DNA of 64,000 nt, taken from the NCBI GenBank assembly GCA_020850535.1, contig JADZEM010000023.1, positions 26,522 through 90,521 on the forward strand, in the 5' to 3' direction. Shown piece by piece: positions 40,868 through 49,913 of this stretch. The notes under the pieces are model-generated. The model worked only from the letters and a program-made list of their open reading frames with translations. It had not been told where the DNA came from and did no database searches. The position numbers and the translations under genes are program-made. Position 1 is the first letter of the stretch. Each line of letters begins with the position of its first letter. The stretch is from Chloroflexota bacterium. Its GTDB lineage: Bacteria > Chloroflexota > UBA6077 > JACCZL01.

Positions 40868-41398
40868 ATGCACCTGGTCTACATCTACGGTCCGCCGGGC
40901 GTGGGCAAGCTCACGGTCGGCCGCGCACTGGTGGAGTTGACCGGGTATCGACTCTTTCACAACCACCTGATGGTCGACCTGGCCGCCTCGCTGTTCGCGC
41001 GTGAGACGCCCGAGTACTTCGACTACATCCGGGTGATCCGCGGCGCAGGCTTCGAAGCGGCGGCGCGCAACGGTGTCAGCCTGGTGGCGACGGGCGTCTA
41101 CCGTGGCACCGAGGTCCAGAACGAGGCGATGCGCTGGATGCTCGGGCCGGTGCTGGAGCACGGCGGGAGGCCGCTGTTCGTGCAGCTCACCTGCGAGCGC
41201 GAGGAGTGGCTGCGCCGGGTCCAGTCTGCCTCGCGGGCCGCGCTCAACAAGATCACCGATCCGGCCTTCGCCGTCAGCTTCCTGGAGCAGCACAACCTCC
41301 ACGCCACGATGCCGTTCGAGCCGCACCTCGCCATCGACACCTCGGGCCGCGAGCCAGACGACGTGGCCCGCGAGATCGTCAGGCGGCTGGACTCGTGA
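40868..41398 (+). CDS. P-loop kinase / AAA-family ATP-binding protein
   Basis: Walker A (YIYGPPGVGKLTVGRAL) in a small 176 aa kinase-like fold. Sits where ABC ATPase genes would be expected. Confidence 0.55.
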   Translation: MHLVYIYGPPGVGKLTVGRALVELTGYRLFHNHLMVDLAASLFARETPEYFDYIRVIRGAGFEAAARNGVSLVATGVYRGTEVQNEAMRWMLGPVLEHGGRPLFVQLTCEREEWLRRVQSASRAALNKITDPAFAVSFLEQHNLHATMPFEPHLAIDTSGREPDDVAREIVRRLDS

Positions 41399-41421
41399 GG
41401 AGCTGCCCGAAGGAATCGGGA

Positions 41422-43668
41422 TCAGTACGGTTCGGGTTCGACGGGCGTCGTGCGGATGGTGACGGACTGCGAGCCGAGATGCTCGGTCGTGGCAGTCACG
41501 GCGATCGTGCCGGCCTGTTCGGTTGACCTGATCCAGACGGCGCCGACGCCACCGGACAGGCTCAGCAGCCGGTCCCCGATCGACTCGCCGGGGCCGTCCA
41601 CCTCCAGCACCACGGCGACGGTCGAGAACGGCCGGCGGTTACCATCGGCATCGACCACGCGAAACACCACCCGCGTAGCATCGCTGCCATCGGCATGCAG
41701 CACACGGTCGTCCGGCTCCACCAGCAGGTGGGCGTCGGTGGCTCGCGCGGCGAACCGCCGGGTCGCCACGAGCCGCTCGCCGATGTACCCCTCGATCCGC
41801 AGATCCTGCAGCCTCTGACCCCACGAGGCCTGCAACGCCTGGGTGAAGAAGGGCGCGTGCGGCAGATATCCGAGGTCGCCACGGTCGGGCAGCACCTCGT
41901 CCACCAGCCGGTCGCCCACGTACAGCTTCAGCCGCTCGACGTTCGAGAGGATCATGCCCAGCCCGGGGCCGCCGGCCGCGCAATCACCCATGGCCCAGGG
42001 GAAGGTCGGCTCGAGGACGATCTCCTCGGCAGGGTCGCACTGGGAGCGGTAGAGCGCGGCGGCCGGCTTCCCTATTCGGAAGATGTCCGAGACGCCGTGG
42101 TAGCAGACACGGTCGCCCGAGCCGAAATCGGCGTGGGTGTTGTAGTCGAAGGCGCACCAGCCGATGCCGCCGGCGTAACCGTCGTGGCTCGCGAGCTGGG
42201 CGTGCATCCTGGCGTGCCAGAGCACGTGCTGCTGGACCCGCTCCACGCCGTCCCACGGCTTGGTCGGGTACATGTGGCCGCCAAACTCAGTCACGAGGTA
42301 GTGCGGATGGTTCGGCGGGCGGATGTCGCTGGACGGGTCGAGGAACTCGTTGAAGGTGAACACGTCTTCGAGTCGCTCGGAGCCGTACCGGTTGCGGACG
42401 CCGCCGGTCTGGCGCGAGTCGTCCAGCTGGTGTGCGATGCGGTTGGTCTGCTCGTAGAAGGCGTGGTTGTCTGGCGACTCGTTGATGCGGACGCCCCACA
42501 GCACGATGCTCGGGTGATTCCAGTCCCGCTCGATCATCTCGCGCACATCGCGGCAGGCCAACTGCTGCCATTCGTCGTCGCCGATGTGCTGCCAGCCAGG
42601 GATCTCCTCGAGCACCAGCAGCCCAAGCTCGTCGCAGGCGTCCAGGAAGGCCGTCGACTGTGGATAGTGGGACGTCCTGACGATGTTCAGCTTCAGCTCG
42701 CGCTTGAGGATGACGGCGTCCCGGCGCTGCACCCGGGCCGGCATCGCGCCGCCGACGTACGGATAGGTCTGGTGACGATTGAGGCCCCGCAGCTTGATCC
42801 GCCGTCCGTTCAGGAAGAAGCCGTCGGGCGTGAAGCGTGCCTCACGGAACCCAAGGCGGGTCCGATACTCGTCAATCGGCTGGCCGTCTTCTGCGAGCGT
42901 CACGGCCGCCGTGTAGAGCTGGGGCGCGTCGAGATCCCAGAGGCGCACGTCTGGGCTGGGAGCAACTGTCAGACGTACTTCCGCTCGTCCCGCCGCAGCG
43001 ACAGTGAGGGGTGCCGAGGCTGTACCGACCTGGCGTCCATCGGGATCGAGCAGCCGGACGCCCACCGCGCGTGAGCGGGCCGCGAAGTCGCTGCCAGCGT
43101 CGAGGGTCACCTGGACGTCAACGCGCCGTTGCCCAGGATCAAGCACAGCGACCGGCTTCACGAACGCGTTGCTGATGGACACGGTCGGCACGACCAGCAG
43201 GCGCGCCTCGCGGTAGATGCCGCCGAACGTCAGATAGTCGATGCGACCGCCGAACGGGGGGATGTGAGGCAGCTCGCGGGAGTCCACCACCGCCGCCAGC
43301 GTGTTCGACTCCCCCCAGCGAAGGTGCTCGGTCAACTCGAACAGCGACGGCAGGTAGCCGCCATCGTATGAGCCGATGGCCTCGCCGTTCAGGAACGTTC
43401 GCGTCGCCGTCATGATGCCGTCGAACTGGACGAAGACGCGTCGTCCCCGTAGTGTCTCGGGCAGGGTGATCTGGCGACGGTAGATCGACTCGAACTGGAA
43501 CGCGCTCTCGTCGAACCCGTGCCAGGGCAGCCGCACGTTCGCATGGGGCAGCGTCACGCGGTCGAACGCCGCATCGTCGAAGGCGGGCTGCTCGGACCCG
43601 GGGACGTAAGCGCCGCCGAACCGCCAGTCACGGTTCAGCGGCGCCACGATGCGCTGGATGGTGCTCAC
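41422..43668 (-). CDS. Glycoside hydrolase family 2 (beta-galactosidase/beta-glucuronidase/beta-mannosidase-like)
   Basis: GH2 sugar-binding, Ig-like and TIM-barrel order. WNHPSIVLWGVRINESP motif has the catalytic acid/base region. Confidence 0.8.
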   Translation of the reverse strand: MSTIQRIVAPLNRDWRFGGAYVPGSEQPAFDDAAFDRVTLPHANVRLPWHGFDESAFQFESIYRRQITLPETLRGRRVFVQFDGIMTATRTFLNGEAIGSYDGGYLPSLFELTEHLRWGESNTLAAVVDSRELPHIPPFGGRIDYLTFGGIYREARLLVVPTVSISNAFVKPVAVLDPGQRRVDVQVTLDAGSDFAARSRAVGVRLLDPDGRQVGTASAPLTVAAAGRAEVRLTVAPSPDVRLWDLDAPQLYTAAVTLAEDGQPIDEYRTRLGFREARFTPDGFFLNGRRIKLRGLNRHQTYPYVGGAMPARVQRRDAVILKRELKLNIVRTSHYPQSTAFLDACDELGLLVLEEIPGWQHIGDDEWQQLACRDVREMIERDWNHPSIVLWGVRINESPDNHAFYEQTNRIAHQLDDSRQTGGVRNRYGSERLEDVFTFNEFLDPSSDIRPPNHPHYLVTEFGGHMYPTKPWDGVERVQQHVLWHARMHAQLASHDGYAGGIGWCAFDYNTHADFGSGDRVCYHGVSDIFRIGKPAAALYRSQCDPAEEIVLEPTFPWAMGDCAAGGPGLGMILSNVERLKLYVGDRLVDEVLPDRGDLGYLPHAPFFTQALQASWGQRLQDLRIEGYIGERLVATRRFAARATDAHLLVEPDDRVLHADGSDATRVVFRVVDADGNRRPFSTVAVVLEVDGPGESIGDRLLSLSGGVGAVWIRSTEQAGTIAVTATTEHLGSQSVTIRTTPVEPEPY

Positions 43669-43689
43669 GTGGTCACCTCTCAGCCTGCC

Positions 43690-44868
43690 TCAGACGGCGC
43701 GCGCTTCGAGCCACTCCTTCGTGATCTCCAGCCCGAAGCCCGGCGCATCGGTCGGGCGGACCCGGCCGTTCTTGATCGCGACGGTGCCCGGCAGCGAGAT
43801 CGTCTCTTCGAGCGGCACGCCTGGAGGCGCGACCCCCTCCGACCGCTCGCCCATCGGGATGGCCGGCATCGCCAGGGCCAGGTGCTGGCCGTACGGGTAG
43901 TTCATGCCGGCGTGCCCGATGACGGTCAGGCCGTGCGCCTCGGCGATGTGGCAGATCCTGACCGACGCCGTCATGCCGCCGACCCACGAGATATCCGGCT
44001 GGAGGATGTCCACGAGGCCCTGGCTGGCCGCCAGCGCGAACGGATGAATGGTGTACCAGTGCTCGCCCGAGGCGAGGGTCGTGCCGGGCAGCCGCTGGCG
44101 AACCTTCATGTAGCTGTCGGTGTCCTCTGGCAGCAGATAGTCTTCGAGCCACTTCACGCGGTAGGGGCGCAACGCGTCCATCAACCGCACGATGTACTCG
44201 ACGTTCAGCGAAAGCCAGGCGTCCACCATCAGCTCGACATCCGGGCCGACCTGCTCGCGGGTCTTTGCGACAAGCTCCTCGCTCTTGCGGATGCCCTCGA
44301 TGCCGTCCTCCGGTCCCCAGGTCAGAAACAGCTTGACGGCCGTGAACCCGAGTTCCAGGAACCACTCAATCGCCGGCTCGACGCCGTACGACAGGTCAGT
44401 GTTGCTGGCGTAGCAGGGGATGCTCTCCTTCTGCGGGCCGCCGAGCAGCTCGTAGACGGGCCGCTTGAGCAGTTTCCCCTTGAGGTCCCAGATGGCGTTG
44501 TCCACGGCGCTGATGGCGTAGCTGGCGAGGCCGGCGGTGCCGTACTGCGCCGAGATCCGCCGCATGATGTCCCAGCACTTCTCGGTCGCCATGGCGTCCT
44601 GGCCCACCAGGGCCGGCGCGAAGTGGCTGTTGATGATCTCCTTGACGGGGCCGCCGTGCGTCGTGATGCCCACGCCGAACGTGCCGTCGTCCGCCGTGAC
44701 CACGCAGGCGACGCGGTGCCAGGGGTTGCCCCAGGTCGACCGCTTGATGTCGGGGTAGCGGGCCATGATCGAGCCGATGCCCTCGTTCGGAAGCTTCGGC
44801 GCGCGCGGCGTGGTCTTGAGCGTCGGCGAGATGTTGACGAACGCGGCGCGGATCTCCTTGATCTTCAT
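43690..44868 (-). CDS. Enolase-superfamily enzyme (mandelate racemase/muconate lactonizing family; sugar-acid dehydratase-like)
   Basis: MR/MLE N-terminal capping domain and barrel with metal ligands (DAWLSLN..., KWLEDY). ATG at 44868 (MKIKEIR). The longer track ORF is rejected. Confidence 0.8.
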   Translation of the reverse strand: MKIKEIRAAFVNISPTLKTTPRAPKLPNEGIGSIMARYPDIKRSTWGNPWHRVACVVTADDGTFGVGITTHGGPVKEIINSHFAPALVGQDAMATEKCWDIMRRISAQYGTAGLASYAISAVDNAIWDLKGKLLKRPVYELLGGPQKESIPCYASNTDLSYGVEPAIEWFLELGFTAVKLFLTWGPEDGIEGIRKSEELVAKTREQVGPDVELMVDAWLSLNVEYIVRLMDALRPYRVKWLEDYLLPEDTDSYMKVRQRLPGTTLASGEHWYTIHPFALAASQGLVDILQPDISWVGGMTASVRICHIAEAHGLTVIGHAGMNYPYGQHLALAMPAIPMGERSEGVAPPGVPLEETISLPGTVAIKNGRVRPTDAPGFGLEITKEWLEARAV

Positions 44869-45193
44869 GGGGATCCCCTTCGTGCGTGAAGATGCAGGGG
44901 CATCATACGCCGGCCGCCGCCGTTGAGCGCTGCCGGCTGCGGCGCTCCCATCGCTCGAGTTGCCAGTTCGCTTACCGGCGGTCGAGCCACTTGCCGTGTT
45001 CTGGCCATCGACAGACGCACAACGTGGACGTGGCGGGCAAGAGCGGGCCCTCTGAGACAGCATCGCACTGAGGCGCAACGTCCGTCTCACCGCTCAACTC
45101 ACGCGCGCGACCGTTCCTGGCGCTAACATAATGCTCGCATCAGGACACGGCGCTCTGGCACGATACGAACATTTGTCCTAGTGGGGGTGGGCG
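44869..45193. promoter_or_regulatory. Divergent intergenic region with locally AT-richer stretch upstream of the cas island
   Basis: 325 bp non-coding gap between divergent genes. Contains CTAACATAATGCTCGCATCAGGACACGG...ACATTTGTCCTAGTGGGGG, which contrasts with the 68% GC background. Confidence 0.3.
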
Positions 45194-45613
45194 ATGGAGC
45201 CTGGCTTAGGGCAGCGAGTGCACGGCGTGAGCGACGATGCGGGACGATCCCTCCACGCCCGGCTGCTAGCTCGCGATCCGACGGCGCCTTCTGATCTGGT
45301 GAGCAGCTACCTGCAGCCGCTCGTCGAATGGCTACTCCGCACGTATGCTCGTCACGATCCAGCCATGTTGGAGTCGATCGCCACGGACCTGCTCCTCGAC
45401 GTTGGTACGCGGCCAGAGCAATACGACCACGACCGCCTCTCCCTGTTCGCTTACCTCCGGATGGCGGCACGTGGAGACGTGAGCAATGCGCTGGAGAAGG
45501 AGCAGCGGCACACAGCTCATCACGTCTCCTGGGCGAACGTCGAGATTGGGCTGCAGGCTCGGAACAGTATGTGGACGAGCGCAGCCGACAAGTGGTCGGT
45601 CGCGACGCGGTGA
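45194..45613 (+). CDS. Hypothetical helical protein with weak sigma-70 region-2-like segment; may be the N-terminal part of a frameshifted longer gene
   Basis: SLFAYLRMAARGDVSNALEKEQR resembles the ECF sigma region 2.2 DNA-melting helix, but no region 4 follows. Reading frame changes near 45540-45560. Confidence 0.3.
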   Translation: MEPGLGQRVHGVSDDAGRSLHARLLARDPTAPSDLVSSYLQPLVEWLLRTYARHDPAMLESIATDLLLDVGTRPEQYDHDRLSLFAYLRMAARGDVSNALEKEQRHTAHHVSWANVEIGLQARNSMWTSAADKWSVATR

Positions 45614-46130
45614 CGGTGGCGGTCCCCTCGGATCGGAAGGACGTCCTGCCGCGCCACACCGCGATCCTCGGGACGACGGGCAGCGGCAAATCGACGTCCG
45701 TGGCGCGACTGATCCAGCAGGCGCAGACCGCCGGCTGCGCCGTGATCTTGCTCGACGTCGAGGGTGAGTACAGCTTCTTGCATGAGCCGACCGAGGCCCC
45801 AGGAATGAGAGCGGCGCTGGAGCGGCGCGGGCTCACCCCTGCCGGCCTGAGCCGGATGTGGCTGTGTCACCTGGTGGGGCGGGAGACGGCCAATCCGGAT
45901 CATCCAACGCGGGCGGCGTTCTCGTTGCGCTTCGAACGGCTCTCGCCGTACGCGATCGTCGAGCTGCTCGACCTGAGCGAGGCGCAGCGGCATCGGTTCC
46001 TGCAAGCGTACGACGCGGCCACGGCGCTGCTGCGCGACCTCCAGATCTTCCCTCAGCCTGGCCAGCCGGAGGATGAGCAGCAGGCGATGGAGTGGGACGA
46101 GCTGGAGGCCGGCTATCCGCGCATGGAGCT
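45560..46130 (+). pseudogene. HerA/DUF87-like P-loop ATPase fragment, out of frame with both neighbours (frameshifted fusion partner of cas10, or decayed gene)
   Basis: RHTAILGTTGSGKSTSVARLIQQAQTAGCAVILLDVEGEYSFLHE matches HerA/DUF87 Walker A (ILGxTGSGKS) and Walker B (iiDpHGEY) spacing. No start or stop of its own in this frame; the frame changes about 46080-46130 into cas10. Confidence 0.35.
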
Positions 46131-47447
46131 GCGGCCCTGGTACCGCTCGGCCGTTTTCTCGACGCGCTCGACGTGCTTCACAGTCGCAGGTCTGCGCTTG
46201 GCGCCACGATCCGAGTGGGGAGAGTCACGCTGCCGGGCGAAGGCTGGACACTCGACGGTGTGTCCGACGAGCGACGTGACCTGGCCGACCGCGCCTGCCG
46301 ATTCGACGGCGAATGGCTGCTCTCCGAGACCTACGAGCGCCGACGCGCCGAGCTCAACCGGCGTGGTGGTGATGCGTCCGCCGTGGCCGCGCTCGACGCC
46401 GCCAGTATCGCGCTTCGTCAGTTTCTGGGCGTCACGAGCCGAATGGGGCTCCGCCAGCCGACGGCCTACTATGCGATCCTGGTGCTCGACGGAGACCGGA
46501 TGGGACGTTGGGTCAGCGGCGACCAGCATCGCGTCACGCTCGGCGAGGCACTTCATCCTGACGCTCGGGCGATGGTGACCGGCGATGCCGATTGGGACTC
46601 GGCACTTGGAGACCGGCGCCTGTTCGGCCCACCCACGCACGCGGCGCTGGGTGCGATACTGCGAGACTTTGCGCTATGGGTCGTCCCGTACGTTGTGGAG
46701 CGCGAACACGGCGGGCGGGTCGTGTACGCGGGCGGGGACGACGTGCTGGCGCTCCTGCCCGCCCACTGTGCGCTCGACGCTGTTGAGGGGCTCCGCGCAC
46801 GGTACACGAGCGCCTTCCTCACGCGTGATGCGCTGGGCGACCTTCACGAGCTGCCCCAGGCGGCTGATCCGGATCTGGTGGTCTTTCGCGGCATGGGGCC
46901 GGATGCTACGGTGAGCGCGGGGCTACTGTTCGCGCATCATCTGTTGCCGCTCGGCCTGGCGCTGGACGAAGCGCGCCGACTTGAGCACCAGTCGAAGGGC
47001 GGCGGTCGCGATGCCGTCGCCGTCGGCGTCGCCCGACGCTCCGGCCCGGATGACGAGCTCGTCGTCGTCAGCAGGCACAGTCGAGGTGGCACACCAATCA
47101 CCAGTCTGGTCGCGACTGCTCGTGCGCTGCTGAGTGGGCCAACCGATTCTGGGGGGCGAGAGCGGGGCGCGGCGTCGAGCCGCCTGCCCTACCTGCTACG
47201 CGAGGCCGCCCCGGTCCTAGATCAGCTGACGGACCCGGCCGCCCGCCGACGTGCAATCATGGCGGTGGCCAACCGCCATGTCGCGGGAGAGGACGGCCGG
47301 CGTCGCCTGCTTGGCCTCTACGACGCCCTCGCCACGCTGCCCCCAGCGTCTTCCGAACGCGCCGCCCCGCTGGCGCCGCCGTCCCGGCCGGTGGACGAGC
47401 TGGCGCGTCTGCTGTGTCTGGCGCGCTTCCTGGAGGCTGGCACATGA
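46092..47447 (+). CDS. cas10: Cas10/Cmr2 (type III-B), minimal form lacking HD nuclease and treble-clef Zn finger
   Basis: Palm-1-like AYYAILVLDGDRMGRWVSG and the cyclase GGDD motif (VVYAGGDDVLALLP), then a C-terminal helical D4. Only about 450 aa and no Cys4 cluster. ATGA overlap with cmr3. 5' boundary uncertain. Confidence 0.8.
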   Translation: MGRAGGRLSAHGAAALVPLGRFLDALDVLHSRRSALGATIRVGRVTLPGEGWTLDGVSDERRDLADRACRFDGEWLLSETYERRRAELNRRGGDASAVAALDAASIALRQFLGVTSRMGLRQPTAYYAILVLDGDRMGRWVSGDQHRVTLGEALHPDARAMVTGDADWDSALGDRRLFGPPTHAALGAILRDFALWVVPYVVEREHGGRVVYAGGDDVLALLPAHCALDAVEGLRARYTSAFLTRDALGDLHELPQAADPDLVVFRGMGPDATVSAGLLFAHHLLPLGLALDEARRLEHQSKGGGRDAVAVGVARRSGPDDELVVVSRHSRGGTPITSLVATARALLSGPTDSGGRERGAASSRLPYLLREAAPVLDQLTDPAARRRAIMAVANRHVAGEDGRRRLLGLYDALATLPPASSERAAPLAPPSRPVDELARLLCLARFLEAGT

Positions 47448-48577
47448 TCCGCCTGTTCGTCGAGCCGCTGGACGTCTGGCTTTTTCGAGACGGTCGCCCG
47501 TTCACGGCCGGCGCCGACCATCACGCGCGTTCGGTCTTCCCGCCGAGCCCGCGCACGCTCTACGGCGCGTTGCGCACGAAGCTGCTATTCGACGCGGTCG
47601 AGCGGGGCGAAGGGAGTCTGAACGACCCCGGATTCGTCGAGCGAACGGTGGGACGGCCGGATGATCTGGAGCGTTTGACGCTGCGTGGGCCGCTGCTCGG
47701 ACGGAGACGCGCGGACAGCCAGGTCGAGCGATTCTTCCCGGCCCCGCTCGACCTGGCCCGAACCGACGACGCCGCCACCTCGACCCTTTCGTGGCGGATA
47801 CTGACGCCACGAGCCGATGTCCCGGGCCTCATCACCGACATCGGGCTCGCGGTGCCGTGGGCGGACACCGACGCGCGGCCCGCGTCTGCCGAGGGCCAGT
47901 GGCTGCCCGAAGGTGACTTCTTCGTCACGCTGTTGGGCGAGCGGCGCCAGCCAACGCCGGCAAGCGACCTGTACGAGACGGAGCGGCGGAGCGGCATCGA
48001 GCTGGACGCCGGCGCCGAGGGAGGTCGCACCCGCGGCGTGGTGCGTGAGGGACGGCTGTACTCGATAGCATTCGTCCGTCCGTCGGATGGCGTTGGGCTC
48101 TGCCTCGACGTGGACGGGCTCGACGATCTTGGAGAGGTTGGTCTCATCGGGCTCGGTGGCGAGGGCCGGGCCAGTCGCTATCAGACGACAACGGTGCCGA
48201 CGTTCGACCGGTCGGCCGTACGTGAGCGGGTCTTCCGAGACGGCCGGTTCAAGCTGGTGCTCGTGACGCCGGCCCTGTTCGATGGCGGCTGGCTCCCGTC
48301 CTGGATCGACCCGGCGACCATGACGACGTCTGGCAACGCCGCGGGGCTACGACTGGTCGGAGCGGCGGTTGGACGATCCGCCCCGGTCGGCGGATTCGAC
48401 GTGCGCGCCGGGCGCCCACACGTGACTCGTCCGGCCGTGCCGGCCGGCAGCGTCTACTGGTTCGAGGAGATCGCGCGGGGAGCCGCCGGTCGGGCGTTCG
48501 ACGCGCTGGACGGACGGACCATCGCCGACGAGGCCGCGACGATCGGCTTCGGGCTGTGCTACCTGGGGGTTTGGTGA
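47444..48577 (+). CDS. cmr3: Cmr3 (type III-B Cas5-group RAMP)
   Basis: N-terminus MIRLFVEPLDVWLFRDGRPF is the canonical Cmr3 start. Gly-rich segments follow. Position after cas10. Confidence 0.8.
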   Translation: MIRLFVEPLDVWLFRDGRPFTAGADHHARSVFPPSPRTLYGALRTKLLFDAVERGEGSLNDPGFVERTVGRPDDLERLTLRGPLLGRRRADSQVERFFPAPLDLARTDDAATSTLSWRILTPRADVPGLITDIGLAVPWADTDARPASAEGQWLPEGDFFVTLLGERRQPTPASDLYETERRSGIELDAGAEGGRTRGVVREGRLYSIAFVRPSDGVGLCLDVDGLDDLGEVGLIGLGGEGRASRYQTTTVPTFDRSAVRERVFRDGRFKLVLVTPALFDGGWLPSWIDPATMTTSGNAAGLRLVGAAVGRSAPVGGFDVRAGRPHVTRPAVPAGSVYWFEEIARGAAGRAFDALDGRTIADEAATIGFGLCYLGVW

Positions 48578-48579
48578 CG

Positions 48580-49515
48580 ATGTACGAACGAGCGGCCGTG
48601 ATCGGTTTCTACGCTGAGACGCCGATGCATCCGGGACGCGGAGCCTCGGTGGGGGCGATCGACCTGCCGGTTCAACGGGAGCGGCACCTCGACTACCCGA
48701 TGATCCCCGGCAGCAGCCTGAAGGGGGCGCTGCGTGCGCGTGCGCGGGGACGGCCGGGCTGGTCGTCCGCGGCAGGCAGCCTGAGCAAGCTGACCACGGT
48801 GTTCGGGCCAGAGACGGACCATGCCAGCGATCATGCCGGCGCGCTCGCGCTCACCGATGCCCGCCTGCTGCTGTTCCCGGTGCGGTCGCTGCACGGCGTG
48901 TTCGCCTGGACGACGAGCCCGCTGGCGCTGACGCGCTATCAGCGCGACCTCGTGGCTGCCGGCGCGATCGTCCCCTGGCAGCCGCCGGTCGTTCAGGGAG
49001 GTCACGCCCTGGTCGCGCCCGGAGCGGAGGTGGCGGCGAACGGCGCCGTCACACTGGAGGAGTTCTCGTACGCGGCCGGCGACAGTCCGGCAGTCCGTGC
49101 CATCGCAGACGACCTGGCTGCGACGCTGTTGCCGGACTCGGCCGAGTACGCGCCGTGGCAGGAGCGGCTGCCGCGCCAGTTGGTGGTACTGCCAGATGAC
49201 GACTTTCGGGACTTCGTGAGGACGGCGACCGAGATTGTCGCACGCATCCGGATCGACGACGAAACCGGCACCGTCGCGGATGGCGGGCTCTGGTACGAGG
49301 AGCAGATCCCGCCCGAGTCGCTCTTCTACGCGCTGGCGCTGGCGACGCCGCCGCGCACTCGCAACGGCGGGACCGGGCTCCCGCGCAGCGCGGCCGAGGT
49401 GTTGGCGACGCTCGACGACCTGGGGCTGGACCGGCTCCAGCTCGGCGGGGACGAGACCGTCGGGCGCGGGATCGTCAAGGTACGGGTCCGACGGACCGAC
49501 GGAGTGGGGCGATGA
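48580..49515 (+). CDS. cmr4: Cmr4 (type III-B Cas7-family backbone RAMP)
   Basis: ETPMHPGRGASVGAIDLPV (the catalytic Asp loop is conserved) and IPGSSLKGALRA RAMP motif. C-terminal G-rich LGGDETVGRGIVKV. Confidence 0.85.
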   Translation: MYERAAVIGFYAETPMHPGRGASVGAIDLPVQRERHLDYPMIPGSSLKGALRARARGRPGWSSAAGSLSKLTTVFGPETDHASDHAGALALTDARLLLFPVRSLHGVFAWTTSPLALTRYQRDLVAAGAIVPWQPPVVQGGHALVAPGAEVAANGAVTLEEFSYAAGDSPAVRAIADDLAATLLPDSAEYAPWQERLPRQLVVLPDDDFRDFVRTATEIVARIRIDDETGTVADGGLWYEEQIPPESLFYALALATPPRTRNGGTGLPRSAAEVLATLDDLGLDRLQLGGDETVGRGIVKVRVRRTDGVGR

Positions 49516-49913
49516 GCGAGCCAGGTATCCCCCGTCGCCAGACCGTCGAGCAGGAACGGGCGAAGTTCGCGCTCGGCCGCGTGCACGACGTGAAGGGCCA
49601 TCACCAGTGGATGGCCAGGGCGTACCGGCGGGAGGTGATGGGTCTACCGGCGATGATCCTGGTCAACGGCCTGGGCCAGACGCTCGCGTTCCTCAAGGCG
49701 AAGGGTGCCGGCAGCCTGAACGAGCACGCCGTGGCGTATCGACATTTGAGCGATTGGGTCGGAAAGCAGTTGAGCCTGCCGGGTGACCTGCTGGAGGAGA
49801 TCACGCGCATGGACGTCGGTCGGTACCGGCTGGCCCAGGCCGAGGCATTGGCCGTGCTGACATGGCTGAAGCGGTTCGCGGAGTCCGAGATCGACGAGGA
49901 GCGTCGATCGTGA
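49512..49913 (+). CDS. cmr5: Cmr5 (type III-B small subunit, Cas11 family)
   Basis: 133 aa all-helical protein with GLGQTLAFLKAKG resembling the Cmr5 signature. Position between cmr4 and cmr6. Confidence 0.7.
   Translation: MSEPGIPRRQTVEQERAKFALGRVHDVKGHHQWMARAYRREVMGLPAMILVNGLGQTLAFLKAKGAGSLNEHAVAYRHLSDWVGKQLSLPGDLLEEITRMDVGRYRLAQAEALAVLTWLKRFAESEIDEERRS

Noticed and set aside
41695-44889. Plus ORFs 41695..43074 and 43519..44889 (about 457 aa each)
   Set aside because: Antisense to the GH2 and enolase-superfamily genes. Compositional artefacts.
45328-46578. 416-aa ORF treated as a single gene
   Set aside because: Only the middle part (about 45560-46120) reads as a real protein (HerA-like P-loop). 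The first 75 codons and everything after about 46130 are out-of-frame read-through of neighbouring coding sequence, so it was split into a frameshifted fragment plus cas10.
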